A program made the translations under genes and the position numbers. A stretch of DNA of 64,000 bases. Source: Planctomycetaceae bacterium. Lineage in GTDB: Bacteria; Planctomycetota; Planctomycetia; Pirellulales; UBA1268. Position 1 is the first letter of the stretch. The number at the start of each line of letters is the position of its first letter. Under the pieces are notes generated by a model. It was not told the origin of the DNA and searched no databases. It saw nothing but the letters and a program-made list of their open reading frames with translations. Shown here piece after piece: positions 25,892 to 35,360 of the stretch. The DNA lies in contig CANHCU010000006.1 of the NCBI GenBank assembly GCA_947459185.1, forward strand, positions 424-64,423. Reading direction: 5' to 3'.

Positions 25892-25990
25892 CGATTCGGT
25901 CCAGAGGTCCGGCAGCCCCCGCCGTAGGATGACAGACCTCTCACAACCCCCGTTTGACAGTGTCGCATCAGCGACCGCAGGACGCATGGT

Positions 25991-27163
25991 ATGCAGGGTA
26001 TCCGTTACGTCAGCGAGGCTCCCACGACAGGCTTCGGCCGCGCCGCGAGGGAATACATGCGGCAGTTGGCCGCGCGTGGCATCCCGCTCACTTGGACGCC
26101 GATGGTCCCCGGACGAGGATGGGGACGGTCGCTCGAGCCCTTTCTCGGGCGGGACTGGCCTGACGAGACCTTCGGCCCGTTGACGAACCGTCCGATCGAA
26201 TACGACACGGTGATCCTTCATCTCCAGCCAGACGACATGCTGCGCTGGCGGATCGAGGAGCCCACCCGAGCGACCATCGGCATGACTTCGTGGGAATTCG
26301 ACCGCGTGCCGGGCCACTGGCCCCGCATCCTCAACTCGCTGCGAGGCGTGGTCGTGCCGTGCCGATGGAATAACGCATCGTTCTTGGCCGGCGGCGTCAG
26401 CGTCCCGATGGCGGTGATCCCCCACCTCGCCCCACCTCTACGCCCGGGGCCGTCGCTCCATCTGCCCGGCGTGCGAGATGACGACTTCGTGTTTTATTCA
26501 ATCGCGGCCTGGAGGGAACGGAATGCGCCGCATCTCGCCCTGGAGGCATTCCTGCGTGAATTTTGCGGAACGGACCGTGTGGCGATGGTTCTCAAGACAT
26601 CACGCATCAACGAACGCCGCCCGTACCGTGGCTTCTTCAATTATCACGTTCGCCGCCACTTCGATACCACGCTCCGGCAGGTCACGGCCATCCGTCGCCG
26701 GTGCGAGTCGGACGCACGGACAGTCGTGCTGCTGGACGACCTCGACGACGCGGGGATCGCGGCACTGCACGCCCGCGGCGATGCTTATGTGTCGCTGACA
26801 CGCACCGAGGGATGGGGCCTCGGCGCGTACGAAGCCGCCTGGGCGGGCAATCCGGTCATCATCACTGGCCATGGCGGTCAACTCGACTTTCTCCCGCCAC
26901 ACGAAACACTCTTCGTCGATCATGCGACGGTGCCGTTTCACGACCCGTTTTTCCATCCGTCGGAGCCCCTGAACCGCCTTGGCGTGACGTGGGCGAATCC
27001 CGATGTCGCGATGGCGGGGAGGCTCATGCGTCTCTTGGCAGCCGACCCAGCTGCCGCGAGACAGCGCGGGGCCGTCCTGCGTGCGCACGTCGAGGAGCGA
27101 TTCGCGTCAGCCCCGGTGATGAATCGACTCCTGGACTTCCTGAACCACACATGCGGGACATGA
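25991..27163 (+). CDS. GT-B fold glycosyltransferase (GT4-like)
   Basis: The C-terminal half reads ALHARGDAYVSLTRTEGWGLGAYEAAWAGNPVIITGHGGQLDF (EX7E-type region). Confidence 0.8.
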   Translation: MQGIRYVSEAPTTGFGRAAREYMRQLAARGIPLTWTPMVPGRGWGRSLEPFLGRDWPDETFGPLTNRPIEYDTVILHLQPDDMLRWRIEEPTRATIGMTSWEFDRVPGHWPRILNSLRGVVVPCRWNNASFLAGGVSVPMAVIPHLAPPLRPGPSLHLPGVRDDDFVFYSIAAWRERNAPHLALEAFLREFCGTDRVAMVLKTSRINERRPYRGFFNYHVRRHFDTTLRQVTAIRRRCESDARTVVLLDDLDDAGIAALHARGDAYVSLTRTEGWGLGAYEAAWAGNPVIITGHGGQLDFLPPHETLFVDHATVPFHDPFFHPSEPLNRLGVTWANPDVAMAGRLMRLLAADPAAARQRGAVLRAHVEERFASAPVMNRLLDFLNHTCGT

Positions 27164-28329
27164 CCCGGAATCGATCGCGAGAATCAGCCATGGCGCCCGA
27201 CACGAAACCGTCGCTCCTTTTCCTCTCCCCGTGCACGCCACGTGATGGGCACACGGGGCTGGCGATGAGGGCGTTGGCCACGTCGCAACACCTCAGAAGG
27301 CGACATGACGTCGAGGTCGCCGCAATTGACAGCTTCGGTAGCGATTTCGGCACGCGGCTCCGCCGATGCGTTCGGTTCTGGGCTCCGGCGATCGCGGCGT
27401 ACCTCCCTGGGGCACCGTCGGACTGGACGGCAGCCAACGCACCCACGGTCGCCGCGGTAACCCGCCGCAATTTTGATCGCGTGCACGTGTTCCGGCTCGC
27501 CATGGCTCCGTGTGCCAGTGCGTTTTTCGGCAGGTGCCGATGCGACCTCGATCTCGACGAGTTGGAATCATGGACGCGGCGAGACATCGCCGCGTTGGCG
27601 CACCGCAACCGGCACTACGGATTGGCGGCGGCGCTGTCCAGCGAGGCGGCGTTCTACGAACGCGCCGAGCGCGAGTGGCTGCCGCGATTCGACAGGGTCT
27701 TCACCGCTTCGCGGGCCGAGGCGGAACGTGTTGCGGCGGTAGCTCCGGGCGTCGATGTTCGCATCGTGCCCAACGTGACCTTTGTCACGCCGAAGACGCC
27801 GACGCTCCGACAGAGCGAGGACTTCACGCTGCTCTTCGTGGGCAATCTGGGCTATTACCCGAACCACGACGCCGTCGTCCATCTCATCCGCGACATTCTT
27901 CCGCGATGGAATGCCCACCGCCACGGCGCAGTCCGCTTGGTGGTGGCCGGCGGAGGGGCATCTCCACGTCTGCAAAAACTCATGGCGCGAGTGCCCGGCG
28001 TCGAGTACCGCGGTTTCATGGAGCTGTTAACGTCGGCCTACTCGCAGGCCGACGTGGCCATCGTGCCGCTCCGGGCCGGCGGAGGCACGCGACTGAAGAT
28101 CCTCGAGGCGTTCGCCCACGAGGTGCCGGTCGTGGCCACCACGAAGGCGGCCGAAGGACTCGATGTCGTGGACGGAAGGGAATGCCTCGTGGGCGACACG
28201 CCCGACGCGATCGTGCATGCCTGCGAACGGCTTCTGGAGAACCGGTCGCTGGGTTCCAGCCTGGCCGCGCAGGCGCTCGCCTACGTCGAGTCACGCCACG
28301 GCCCGTCCGCGCTCGACAGCCTGGACTGA
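27160..28329 (+). CDS. family 4 glycosyltransferase
   Basis: LLFVGNLGYYPNHDAV...AIVPLRAGGGTRLKILEAFAHEVPVVATTKAAEGL. The start is 27151, 27160 or 27190; 27160 gives an ATGA overlap with the upstream stop. The 588-aa track ORF is an upstream extension. Confidence 0.85.
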   Translation: MTRNRSRESAMAPDTKPSLLFLSPCTPRDGHTGLAMRALATSQHLRRRHDVEVAAIDSFGSDFGTRLRRCVRFWAPAIAAYLPGAPSDWTAANAPTVAAVTRRNFDRVHVFRLAMAPCASAFFGRCRCDLDLDELESWTRRDIAALAHRNRHYGLAAALSSEAAFYERAEREWLPRFDRVFTASRAEAERVAAVAPGVDVRIVPNVTFVTPKTPTLRQSEDFTLLFVGNLGYYPNHDAVVHLIRDILPRWNAHRHGAVRLVVAGGGASPRLQKLMARVPGVEYRGFMELLTSAYSQADVAIVPLRAGGGTRLKILEAFAHEVPVVATTKAAEGLDVVDGRECLVGDTPDAIVHACERLLENRSLGSSLAAQALAYVESRHGPSALDSLD

Positions 28330-28462
28330 CGCCGCGTCTGTCGGGAGGCGATGCGATCCCCATCGCCGGCGGCGAGCTTTGACGCCGTCGCGAAATCAGC
28401 GATAGTACGGATATGCCCCTCCGACCGGTGACCGTACGGCCCCTCGAGGACGACCTGGAGAA

Positions 28463-30076
28463 ATGGCTGTCGCGACACCAACGGGCGTGCCCCGGATCAT
28501 CCACCAAACGTGGAAGGATGCGCATCCGCCAACCGCCAAGGGTGACCCGGAGAGCTGGCGTCGCCTGAACCCCGGATGGGAATACCGCCTCTGGACCGAC
28601 GAGGATCTGCTCGCCTTCATGACGCGGGAGTGGCCGGAGCTCCTCGACATGTACCTCGCGTATGCGAGACCTGTTCAGCGGGCCGACCTGGCGAGGTACT
28701 GCCTTCTTCGGCGGTTTGGCGGCGTCTATGCCGACATCGACACGCGGTGCCTCTCCCCGCTTGAGCCGCTCGCCGGTGATCCTCGCGTGGTTCTATGCGA
28801 GGAGCCGCCGGAGCACTTCGAGCCCGCTCTCGCCCGCGGCCTGGGGCGGATGTTCTTCAACGGCACCATGGCCAGCCCGCCGGGCCATGCCTTTTGGGAC
28901 GACGTCATCGCCTTGTGCCGCACGATGTTTCCGCGACGTGACGGTGACGTGTTGGAGACGACCGGCCCGCTGCTGCTGACCGCGGCGGTGCTCCAATGGC
29001 CCGCCCAGGATCGTCTGTCACTGAATTCCTGTCATTGCTTCGCGCGGCTGACGGCTGCCGGCAGCGACTCGTCCGCCGTTCCCTCGGGCTGCTACGGCGA
29101 CACGGTGTTCTCCGAACATCTCTGGCAGGGAAGTTGGTACAAGCGTCGCCGGGAGTTGATCCACACCCGCACTCTGGGCAGGGCGCGGCGGGCGCTGCAC
29201 CAGTTCACCGCTCGGCCGACACTGTCGTTCGCCGAGGCCAGCCGTGCGATCGACGTGGACCTGCTCACGAGGCCACTCCACGACGTCGGAAGCCGTCCGC
29301 GGATCGCCATCCTCATCCCGGCCCGGGACGCCGCCGGCTGTCTCAGGGCGAACTTCTCGGCAATACGCGGCCTCGATTACCCGCTGGACCGCATCACGGT
29401 GATCTACGGCGTGGGCGAGAGCACCGACGGCACGGAGGACATCGTCGCCGACCTGCTTCGCGAGCACAGGACGCGATTCGCGGGCATGCGGTCTGTCGCC
29501 GCGTCGTCCGGCACGCGGGCCCCGCCACATGACCGACGCTGGTTGCCCAAGTTCCAACGCCGCCGCCGGGCTGGCATCGCCCGCGCCCGAAACGCCCTCA
29601 TGCGGGAGGCTCTGGCGGAGCCGGTGGACTGGTTCCTGTGGCTCGACGCCGACGTCGTGGGCCTGCCATCCGACCTCATCCAGCGACTGCTGGAGGCCGA
29701 GTCAAAAATCGTGGTGCCGGACTGCGTTCTTGAACCCGGAGGGCCGAGCTACGACCTCAATGCATTTCTCGAGGTGGGCACGCCCACGGTCGCCACCTAC
29801 TACCGGCATTGCCGGTACGGTCTGTTCCAGCCGCCGGCACGGTACTGGGAACGCAGGCACCTCGACGATCTCCGCTACCTGCACCGCACGCCGCTGCACG
29901 GCGTCGGCGGCACCGCGCTGTTCGTGCACGGCGACGTGCATCGGGCGGGACTGGGGTTCCCCGAGATTCCCTATCGTGACCTGCTGGAGACGGAAGCCTT
30001 CGGCATCCTGGCCCGTGATTGCGGCCTCGTGCCGATGGGCCTGCCACGTGTGACGGTGATCCATGCGCGAGCCTGA
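28463..30076 (+). CDS. two-domain glycosyltransferase: N-terminal GT32 (DXD sugar-binding region) plus C-terminal GT2/Anp1-like domain
   Basis: N-terminus: RIIHQTWKD...ADLARYCLLRRFGGVYADIDTRC. C-terminus: RIAILIPARDAAGCL...VIYGVGESTDGTEDIV...WFLWLDADVVGLP. Confidence 0.8.
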   Translation: MAVATPTGVPRIIHQTWKDAHPPTAKGDPESWRRLNPGWEYRLWTDEDLLAFMTREWPELLDMYLAYARPVQRADLARYCLLRRFGGVYADIDTRCLSPLEPLAGDPRVVLCEEPPEHFEPALARGLGRMFFNGTMASPPGHAFWDDVIALCRTMFPRRDGDVLETTGPLLLTAAVLQWPAQDRLSLNSCHCFARLTAAGSDSSAVPSGCYGDTVFSEHLWQGSWYKRRRELIHTRTLGRARRALHQFTARPTLSFAEASRAIDVDLLTRPLHDVGSRPRIAILIPARDAAGCLRANFSAIRGLDYPLDRITVIYGVGESTDGTEDIVADLLREHRTRFAGMRSVAASSGTRAPPHDRRWLPKFQRRRRAGIARARNALMREALAEPVDWFLWLDADVVGLPSDLIQRLLEAESKIVVPDCVLEPGGPSYDLNAFLEVGTPTVATYYRHCRYGLFQPPARYWERRHLDDLRYLHRTPLHGVGGTALFVHGDVHRAGLGFPEIPYRDLLETEAFGILARDCGLVPMGLPRVTVIHARA

Positions 30077-31082
30077 CGAGCCCGACCAGTTCAAGCCGCC
30101 GCCACTCGACGTCGTCTTCACTTGGTGCGACGAATCCGACCCAGTCTTCCAGTCCGACATCCGCCGATACCGGACGGTATCGCAGTCCGCGGAGGCCGCC
30201 GGATCCGCACGCTTTCGCACCTACGACGAACTGAGGTACTCGCTCCGTGCACTCGACATGCACGCTCCCTGGATCAGGAACGTGATTCTGGTCACCAATG
30301 ACCAGACGCCGCACTGGCTCGATCGCGGGGCCCCGGGCGTCCGCGTCGTCTCGCATCGCGACCTCTTCGAGGACCATTCGCACCTGCCGTGCTTCAATTC
30401 GCTCGCTATCGAGATGAGCCTCCACCGTATCCCGGACCTGTCGGAATGGTTTCTCTATTTCAACGACGACTTCTTCATAGGAAACACGCTCTCGCCCCGG
30501 GCGTTTTTCTCGCCCGAAGGCCAGCCGCTTTTTTTCGTGGAGAACTACCCACTGCCAGCCCCGCGGGCCCCGTGGTTTCCAGGTCGAGACGAGGATCTCA
30601 TGAAACGGTGCCACCGCTACAACCATCGGCTGCTGCGGGCATTGCTACCCGGGCTACAGGATGCCCGTGATCCGACGCACACGCCGCAACTGTACGAGCG
30701 GGAGGGCCTTCGTCGCCTCGCACGACATTGGGCGAACGAGATTCGGGCCACTCAGGCCTGCCGCTTCCGCGAACCACACAATACCAAGCTAGCAGTGCTC
30801 TATCCGTCGTTCGTCGCCGCATCGGCAGAACCGGAGAGGCGGTGCTTGCAGCGAACGATTTACAACGGCTCTTCCGAATACCTCTTCAGGACCGTCCGCG
30901 ACCGTGACGTCGACGAGTTGGAGCGATGGCTCGCCGAGATCGAGGCCGAGCGTCCGAACTTTTTCTGCGTGAACGATTCCGTCGAAGCCCCCTCGGTGGC
31001 CGAACGAATGCTGTATCACTACCGGGCGATGCTCGAACGAATGTTTCCGCGGCCGTCTCGATGGGAACAAGTCTTGCCATGA
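30063..31082 (+). CDS. Stealth-family protein (capsule-type hexose-1-phosphate transferase)
   Basis: CR1 DVVFTWCDESDP; CR2 DELRYSLRALDMHAPWIRNVILVTNDQTPHWL; CR3 FNSLAIEMSLHRIPDLSEWFLYFNDDFF. Confidence 0.85.
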   Translation: MREPDEPDQFKPPPLDVVFTWCDESDPVFQSDIRRYRTVSQSAEAAGSARFRTYDELRYSLRALDMHAPWIRNVILVTNDQTPHWLDRGAPGVRVVSHRDLFEDHSHLPCFNSLAIEMSLHRIPDLSEWFLYFNDDFFIGNTLSPRAFFSPEGQPLFFVENYPLPAPRAPWFPGRDEDLMKRCHRYNHRLLRALLPGLQDARDPTHTPQLYEREGLRRLARHWANEIRATQACRFREPHNTKLAVLYPSFVAASAEPERRCLQRTIYNGSSEYLFRTVRDRDVDELERWLAEIEAERPNFFCVNDSVEAPSVAERMLYHYRAMLERMFPRPSRWEQVLP

Positions 31083-32101
31083 CCCAGCCGTCCGTCATCC
31101 ACATCGCGATCTACCTCGACGAAGGCTACGCGGTGCCCGCGACGGTTCTGGTGCGATCGATGCTGGACAACCTTGGCCCCTCGCCAGCGGTGCACCTTCA
31201 CGTGCTGGGCCTCGGAATCGGAGACACCACCAAGCGCACGATGGCCGCAAGTTGGCCTGCCGACCGCGTCGTGGTCCATTGGGTCGATGTCGATTGGCGC
31301 GACTACGAGGGTGTCTATCTGCCGACCGGCTATTTGTCGTCCGCGGCCTATGCACGGCTCCTCATCGATCGCCACCTACCCGCGGACGTGGAAAAAGTGC
31401 TCACGATCGACTCCGATGGCATCGTCCTCGGCGATATCGCGGAATTGTGGCGGCTCACTCCGCGGCGGTCGTGCCTCATGGCGGTACGGGACTCCTTCGT
31501 GAGAACGCTGCGCGACGACACGTCGGAGTTTATTCAGCGCGACTGCACCACCCCCACCGCTCCATACTTCAACAGCGGGCTCATGCTCATCAATACGAAA
31601 CGGTGGCGGGACCTCGGCGTCGCGCAGCGGTGCTTCGAACTCGCATCCCGGTATCCGGGAAAGGCGGTCATCGGAGACAACTCCCTGCTCAACGCGGTCC
31701 TCGCAGGCGACTGGGAGCCATTGCCGCTGCGGTGGAACTGCAACACCCGACACTTAGCGATCCACTCCTATCCGTCGATCCGCGGCCACGTGCACGCCCC
31801 CGCCGAGGTGGCCGACGCCCTACGGCATCCGGGCTTTCTCCATTTTGTTTCCGGCCGTAAGCCGTGGGATGCCCGGTGGTATCACCCCGACGGCGAAATC
31901 TATCGCCGCTATGTGGCCCAGACGGAATGGCCCGACCAGCAACTCGCGGTCACGGGACGGCAGTGGCGATGGGACGCCACCGCCTTCGGCTGGCTCTGCT
32001 ACCGCCAAGCAGCGGAGACACGCGGTCGGTGGCGCAAGTCTGGAAAGCGAACGGCGGACCTCGTCCATTTCATGAAACGTCTGGTGACCGATGGGGAATA
32101 A
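31079..32101 (+). CDS. family 8 glycosyltransferase (RfaJ/LgtC-like)
   Basis: IHIAIYLDEGYAVPATVLVRSML, YARLLIDRHLP, TIDSDGIVLGDIAELW, YFNSGLMLINTKRW. ATGA overlap with the Stealth stop. Confidence 0.9.
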   Translation: MTQPSVIHIAIYLDEGYAVPATVLVRSMLDNLGPSPAVHLHVLGLGIGDTTKRTMAASWPADRVVVHWVDVDWRDYEGVYLPTGYLSSAAYARLLIDRHLPADVEKVLTIDSDGIVLGDIAELWRLTPRRSCLMAVRDSFVRTLRDDTSEFIQRDCTTPTAPYFNSGLMLINTKRWRDLGVAQRCFELASRYPGKAVIGDNSLLNAVLAGDWEPLPLRWNCNTRHLAIHSYPSIRGHVHAPAEVADALRHPGFLHFVSGRKPWDARWYHPDGEIYRRYVAQTEWPDQQLAVTGRQWRWDATAFGWLCYRQAAETRGRWRKSGKRTADLVHFMKRLVTDGE

Positions 32102-32141
32102 CTGCCCGCCAGGGCCTTTCCTAAGCCGCTCTTGCGGGTTT

Positions 32142-32336
32142 TCAACCAGCGCTGCCCCGCGTCAGATCAGCGACCACCCGCGGGAGGACTGCGGCCCGCT
32201 CAGCCTCGGCCAGATTCATGCCGGCCACGAGGATCACAGCGCGGGCGATTACGGCGATCCGATCGGCCGAAATCGCGTCGCATTTCGCGTCGCAGTGGGA
32301 CGCGACTCTTCGATTTCCCGAGCGGGCAAAAACCTA
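32142..32336 (-). repeat. small-ORF-bearing dispersed repeat, copy 3 (5'-truncated, no start codon)
   Basis: The minus strand reads VFARSGNRRVASHCDAKCDAISADRIAVIARAVILVAGMNLAEAERAAVLPRVVADLTRGSAG*, preceded by an in-frame TAG. Confidence 0.7.
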
Positions 32337-32371
32337 AGTTAGCATCGGGCGTCATTCATGGGGGCAGGTCA
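32333..32371 (-). repeat. 38-bp IS-end-like motif, copy c
   Basis: The reverse complement reads TGACCTGCCCCCATGAATGACGCCCGATGCTAACTTAGG. Confidence 0.55.
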
Positions 32372-32483
32372 TGCTGTTTCGGCTTCCGCGGTCGCGCTGA
32401 TAGGGCTTAGCCGGAACGAGCACAGCAAGTTGACCAAGATATTTGGCGACCTGAAAGACAAACTATAAGAGTGGAACCATTTT

Positions 32484-33467
32484 GTGAACTGGCTCATACA
32501 TAAGATTCATCGCGTCGTGTTCTTCAGGACACCTATCGGTGAAGTGTGGTCAATTCTTTACGGCTTGTACCTGCACCTGAGGTTTTCCTTCAACGATAGG
32601 TCACCCGGAAAAGATAGAGCAAAGCTCACATACTATCTTACCAAGCACTGCCATATTCTCGAAAAAGGGCTTGCGTTGCCAGCGCCAAGGGCCGGCTTCG
32701 GGCAAAAACAAATTATTGATCTGATCGAAAAGACAAGATCGTACGAAAGCTTGCACGGCAAGGACACCGTGACAAAAGTGGTACGCGACACCATTCGTGA
32801 ATACATTTCCTTCCACGAAAAGAATCCGCATGCATTGCCGCGAGAATTTCTTTGCTTGATCCTGGGGTTTGTGGAAGAGGAAGAGTCGGCCGGCAAGGGT
32901 GGACTTAAGACCCTTGAAAAGAAGATGTGGGGAAGCTACTCACTGGAAACCTTTAAACACTTTCTAACTTGCAGGCACAGCGTAAGGGATTTCAGTAACA
33001 CTCCCATCGGAGATGCGACGATCCAGGAAATAGTTCATGTAGCCCTCAACACGCCGTCTGTCTGCAATCGTCAGGGCTGGATGATTCACTATTACAACAA
33101 TGAAGCTGAGATCAAGACCCTGCTTGGATATCAGAATGGCAACGCAGGCTTTACCGATTGCATAAATAGGCTCCTGATTGTTACTGGCAATATCAAGGCA
33201 TTCACTCGGTATGAGCACAATCAGCTCTTTGTTGATGGTGGTTTGCTATCCATGAATATCATGCTTGCATTGCATTCCGCTGGTCTGGGGTCGTGCCCCC
33301 TCAATACGTGCATGCCATCTTACAAAGAAGAAATCCTGAAGAAGGCAGCCAAGATTCCGATGAATGAAAAACTGATCATGATGATTGCCGTTGGTAGCCT
33401 CAAGGATAAGTTCAGCGTGACTCAGTCGGACAGGTACGAACTTGACCACGTACTAAAGGCTCACTGA
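32484..33467 (+). CDS. nitroreductase family protein
   Basis: CRHSVRDFSNTPI...ALNTPSVCNRQGW...DGGLLSMNIMLALHSAGLGSCPLN. GTG start. Visibly AT-richer codon usage. Confidence 0.8.
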   Translation: MNWLIHKIHRVVFFRTPIGEVWSILYGLYLHLRFSFNDRSPGKDRAKLTYYLTKHCHILEKGLALPAPRAGFGQKQIIDLIEKTRSYESLHGKDTVTKVVRDTIREYISFHEKNPHALPREFLCLILGFVEEEESAGKGGLKTLEKKMWGSYSLETFKHFLTCRHSVRDFSNTPIGDATIQEIVHVALNTPSVCNRQGWMIHYYNNEAEIKTLLGYQNGNAGFTDCINRLLIVTGNIKAFTRYEHNQLFVDGGLLSMNIMLALHSAGLGSCPLNTCMPSYKEEILKKAAKIPMNEKLIMMIAVGSLKDKFSVTQSDRYELDHVLKAH

Positions 33468-33471
33468 CCCG

Positions 33472-34593
33472 ATGAAAATCGCCATCATGACCCAGCCGCT
33501 GGGCGACAATTACGGCGGCATCATGCAAGCTTGGGCGCTCCAACAGGTGCTCAAGAAAATGGGCCATGAGCCGGTGACCATAGATCGGCGGCCTGAGCAA
33601 CGCAGCGCAACCTACAAAGCTGCCCGCCTGGCCTATAGGGTGGCGATGAAAGCCGTAGGGAAACGCAAGAGACCAATTTATTTCGAGCGCCACCTGCCCA
33701 CCCTGCTGCAGCACACACGGAGCTTTATCAATCAGCACATAGCAATGTCGGAACCTCTGTCCAACACCGAGGCGCTCAGAGCACATTTCGATCGAAGCCA
33801 ATACGATGCGGTGATCGTGGGCAGTGACCAGACCTGGCGGCCGCGCTATTCGCCCAATATCTATAACTTCTTTCTTGACTTCCTGCAGGACAAGCCTATC
33901 AGGCGCATTGCTTATGCCTCGTCTTTTGGAGTGGACGAATGGGAATTCACTAAAATCCAAACACGACGTTGCGCAGAACTGGCCAAGCGGTTTGACGCCA
34001 TCAGCGTAAGGGAAGATTCAGGGGTAGAACTCTGCCGCAAGCATCTTGCTGTTGAAGCAACTGCGGTGTTGGACCCAACCCTGCTGCTCAACAAGCAAGA
34101 CTACGAGCAACTGCTAGGTCCAGGCCGGTTAGGCGGCGCACCCAAGGGGGTGTACACCTACTTTCTTGACAAGACCCCGGGGAAATTGGCATTGGCAAAG
34201 CAAGCCAGCAAAGAGCTCGGGGAGCCAATCTATTCCTGTCAAGCGAAATACGGCTTCGGCGAAGATGCCGACGATTGGCTGACCGGCTGTACCAAGCCCA
34301 ACATTAAAGACTGGCTGGCTGGCTTTGCCAACGCCAGGTTCGTGCTGACGGATTCATTTCATGGCCTGGTTTTTTCAATAGCCTTCAGGCGCCCTTTTAT
34401 TGCAGTCAAGAATGCCAGTCGCGGTAATGCAAGGTTCATGTCTTTATCCAGAGCCACTGGATATACGGCACATCTCAAGGAGCAGAGTTGTGATCGGCCC
34501 ATCTCATTGTTTGCCGAGCAACTTGCTGAGCCGACAGATGCCTTTCATGTACTTCGTTCATTTTCATCGGAGTATATAAGGACAGCGCTGTGA
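33472..34593 (+). CDS. polysaccharide pyruvyl transferase family protein
   Basis: MKIAIMTQPLGDNYGGIMQAWALQQVLKKMGHEP...VIVGSDQTWRP...TDSFHGLVFSIAFRRPF. Confidence 0.85.
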   Translation: MKIAIMTQPLGDNYGGIMQAWALQQVLKKMGHEPVTIDRRPEQRSATYKAARLAYRVAMKAVGKRKRPIYFERHLPTLLQHTRSFINQHIAMSEPLSNTEALRAHFDRSQYDAVIVGSDQTWRPRYSPNIYNFFLDFLQDKPIRRIAYASSFGVDEWEFTKIQTRRCAELAKRFDAISVREDSGVELCRKHLAVEATAVLDPTLLLNKQDYEQLLGPGRLGGAPKGVYTYFLDKTPGKLALAKQASKELGEPIYSCQAKYGFGEDADDWLTGCTKPNIKDWLAGFANARFVLTDSFHGLVFSIAFRRPFIAVKNASRGNARFMSLSRATGYTAHLKEQSCDRPISLFAEQLAEPTDAFHVLRSFSSEYIRTAL

Positions 34594-34639
34594 TGGCCGG
34601 AGTGTTCCCAAGACACGGGTTGCCTGGATCAGACCGAGA

Positions 34640-35360
34640 TCAGGCCGAACTCAGAGCGGCTTCCTTGCCGACGCGCTGCTGGTAGGTCCTGAAGACTTGG
34701 CCGGCACGCAGGGCGGGCATCACCTGCCCATGCATCGCTGCCGGGATCGGCACATCGAGCAGTGCCAAGATCGTGGGCGCCACATCGAGGTTCGTGCAAG
34801 GTGCGAGCTTGCCAGCCTGCACTTGCGTGCCCCATAAGGCCAACATGCCGTCGATGTGGTGCATGCCCTGCTTCACGGTGGGCGCGTCCATCTCGAATAG
34901 TTCGCCCAAAGGGCGCACGGTTCTCTTGCCATCGGGCAGTGTGAACTCGTACTCGATGGGGCCGTGGTTCCTGGCAAGACCGAGCGGCGTGATCGTCCAC
35001 TGGTCATGCATTTCCTGTACCGCGAAGGCGCTGTCGGGCGCGCCTGCCTGGCGGCGCACCGCGGCTTCGAAGACGACTTTGACCTGCGCACGGCGGGTCG
35101 CGTCGGGGATGGTCAGGTTCCACTGCGGCACCATTGTCGGCACGACATCGGTGATGCCGTCGTGGCCGATCAGCTCAAGCACCTTGTCGATGTTCTTGAT
35201 CCGCACGACGTACTTGCCTTCGACGTAGCGCTCGCTGATAAGGGGCTGCCGGCCCATGCTGGAGGCGAGCACGAGCACGGTGTCGTCACCAATCATGGCC
35301 ATGGCCTTGCCGAGCAGCTTGTCGCACAACTGGTAGCCATAGGGTACGGCTTCGCCGAAC
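34640..35360 (-). pseudogene. alkaline-phosphatase-superfamily (nucleotide pyrophosphatase/phosphodiesterase-like) gene, 5'-truncated at an IS3 relic
   Basis: Only the C-terminal part is present (DDTVLVLASSMG...GMHHIDGMLALWG...NLDVAPTILALLDVPIP). The apparent N-terminal residues are read from IS-derived sequence. The junction position is approximate. Confidence 0.55.
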
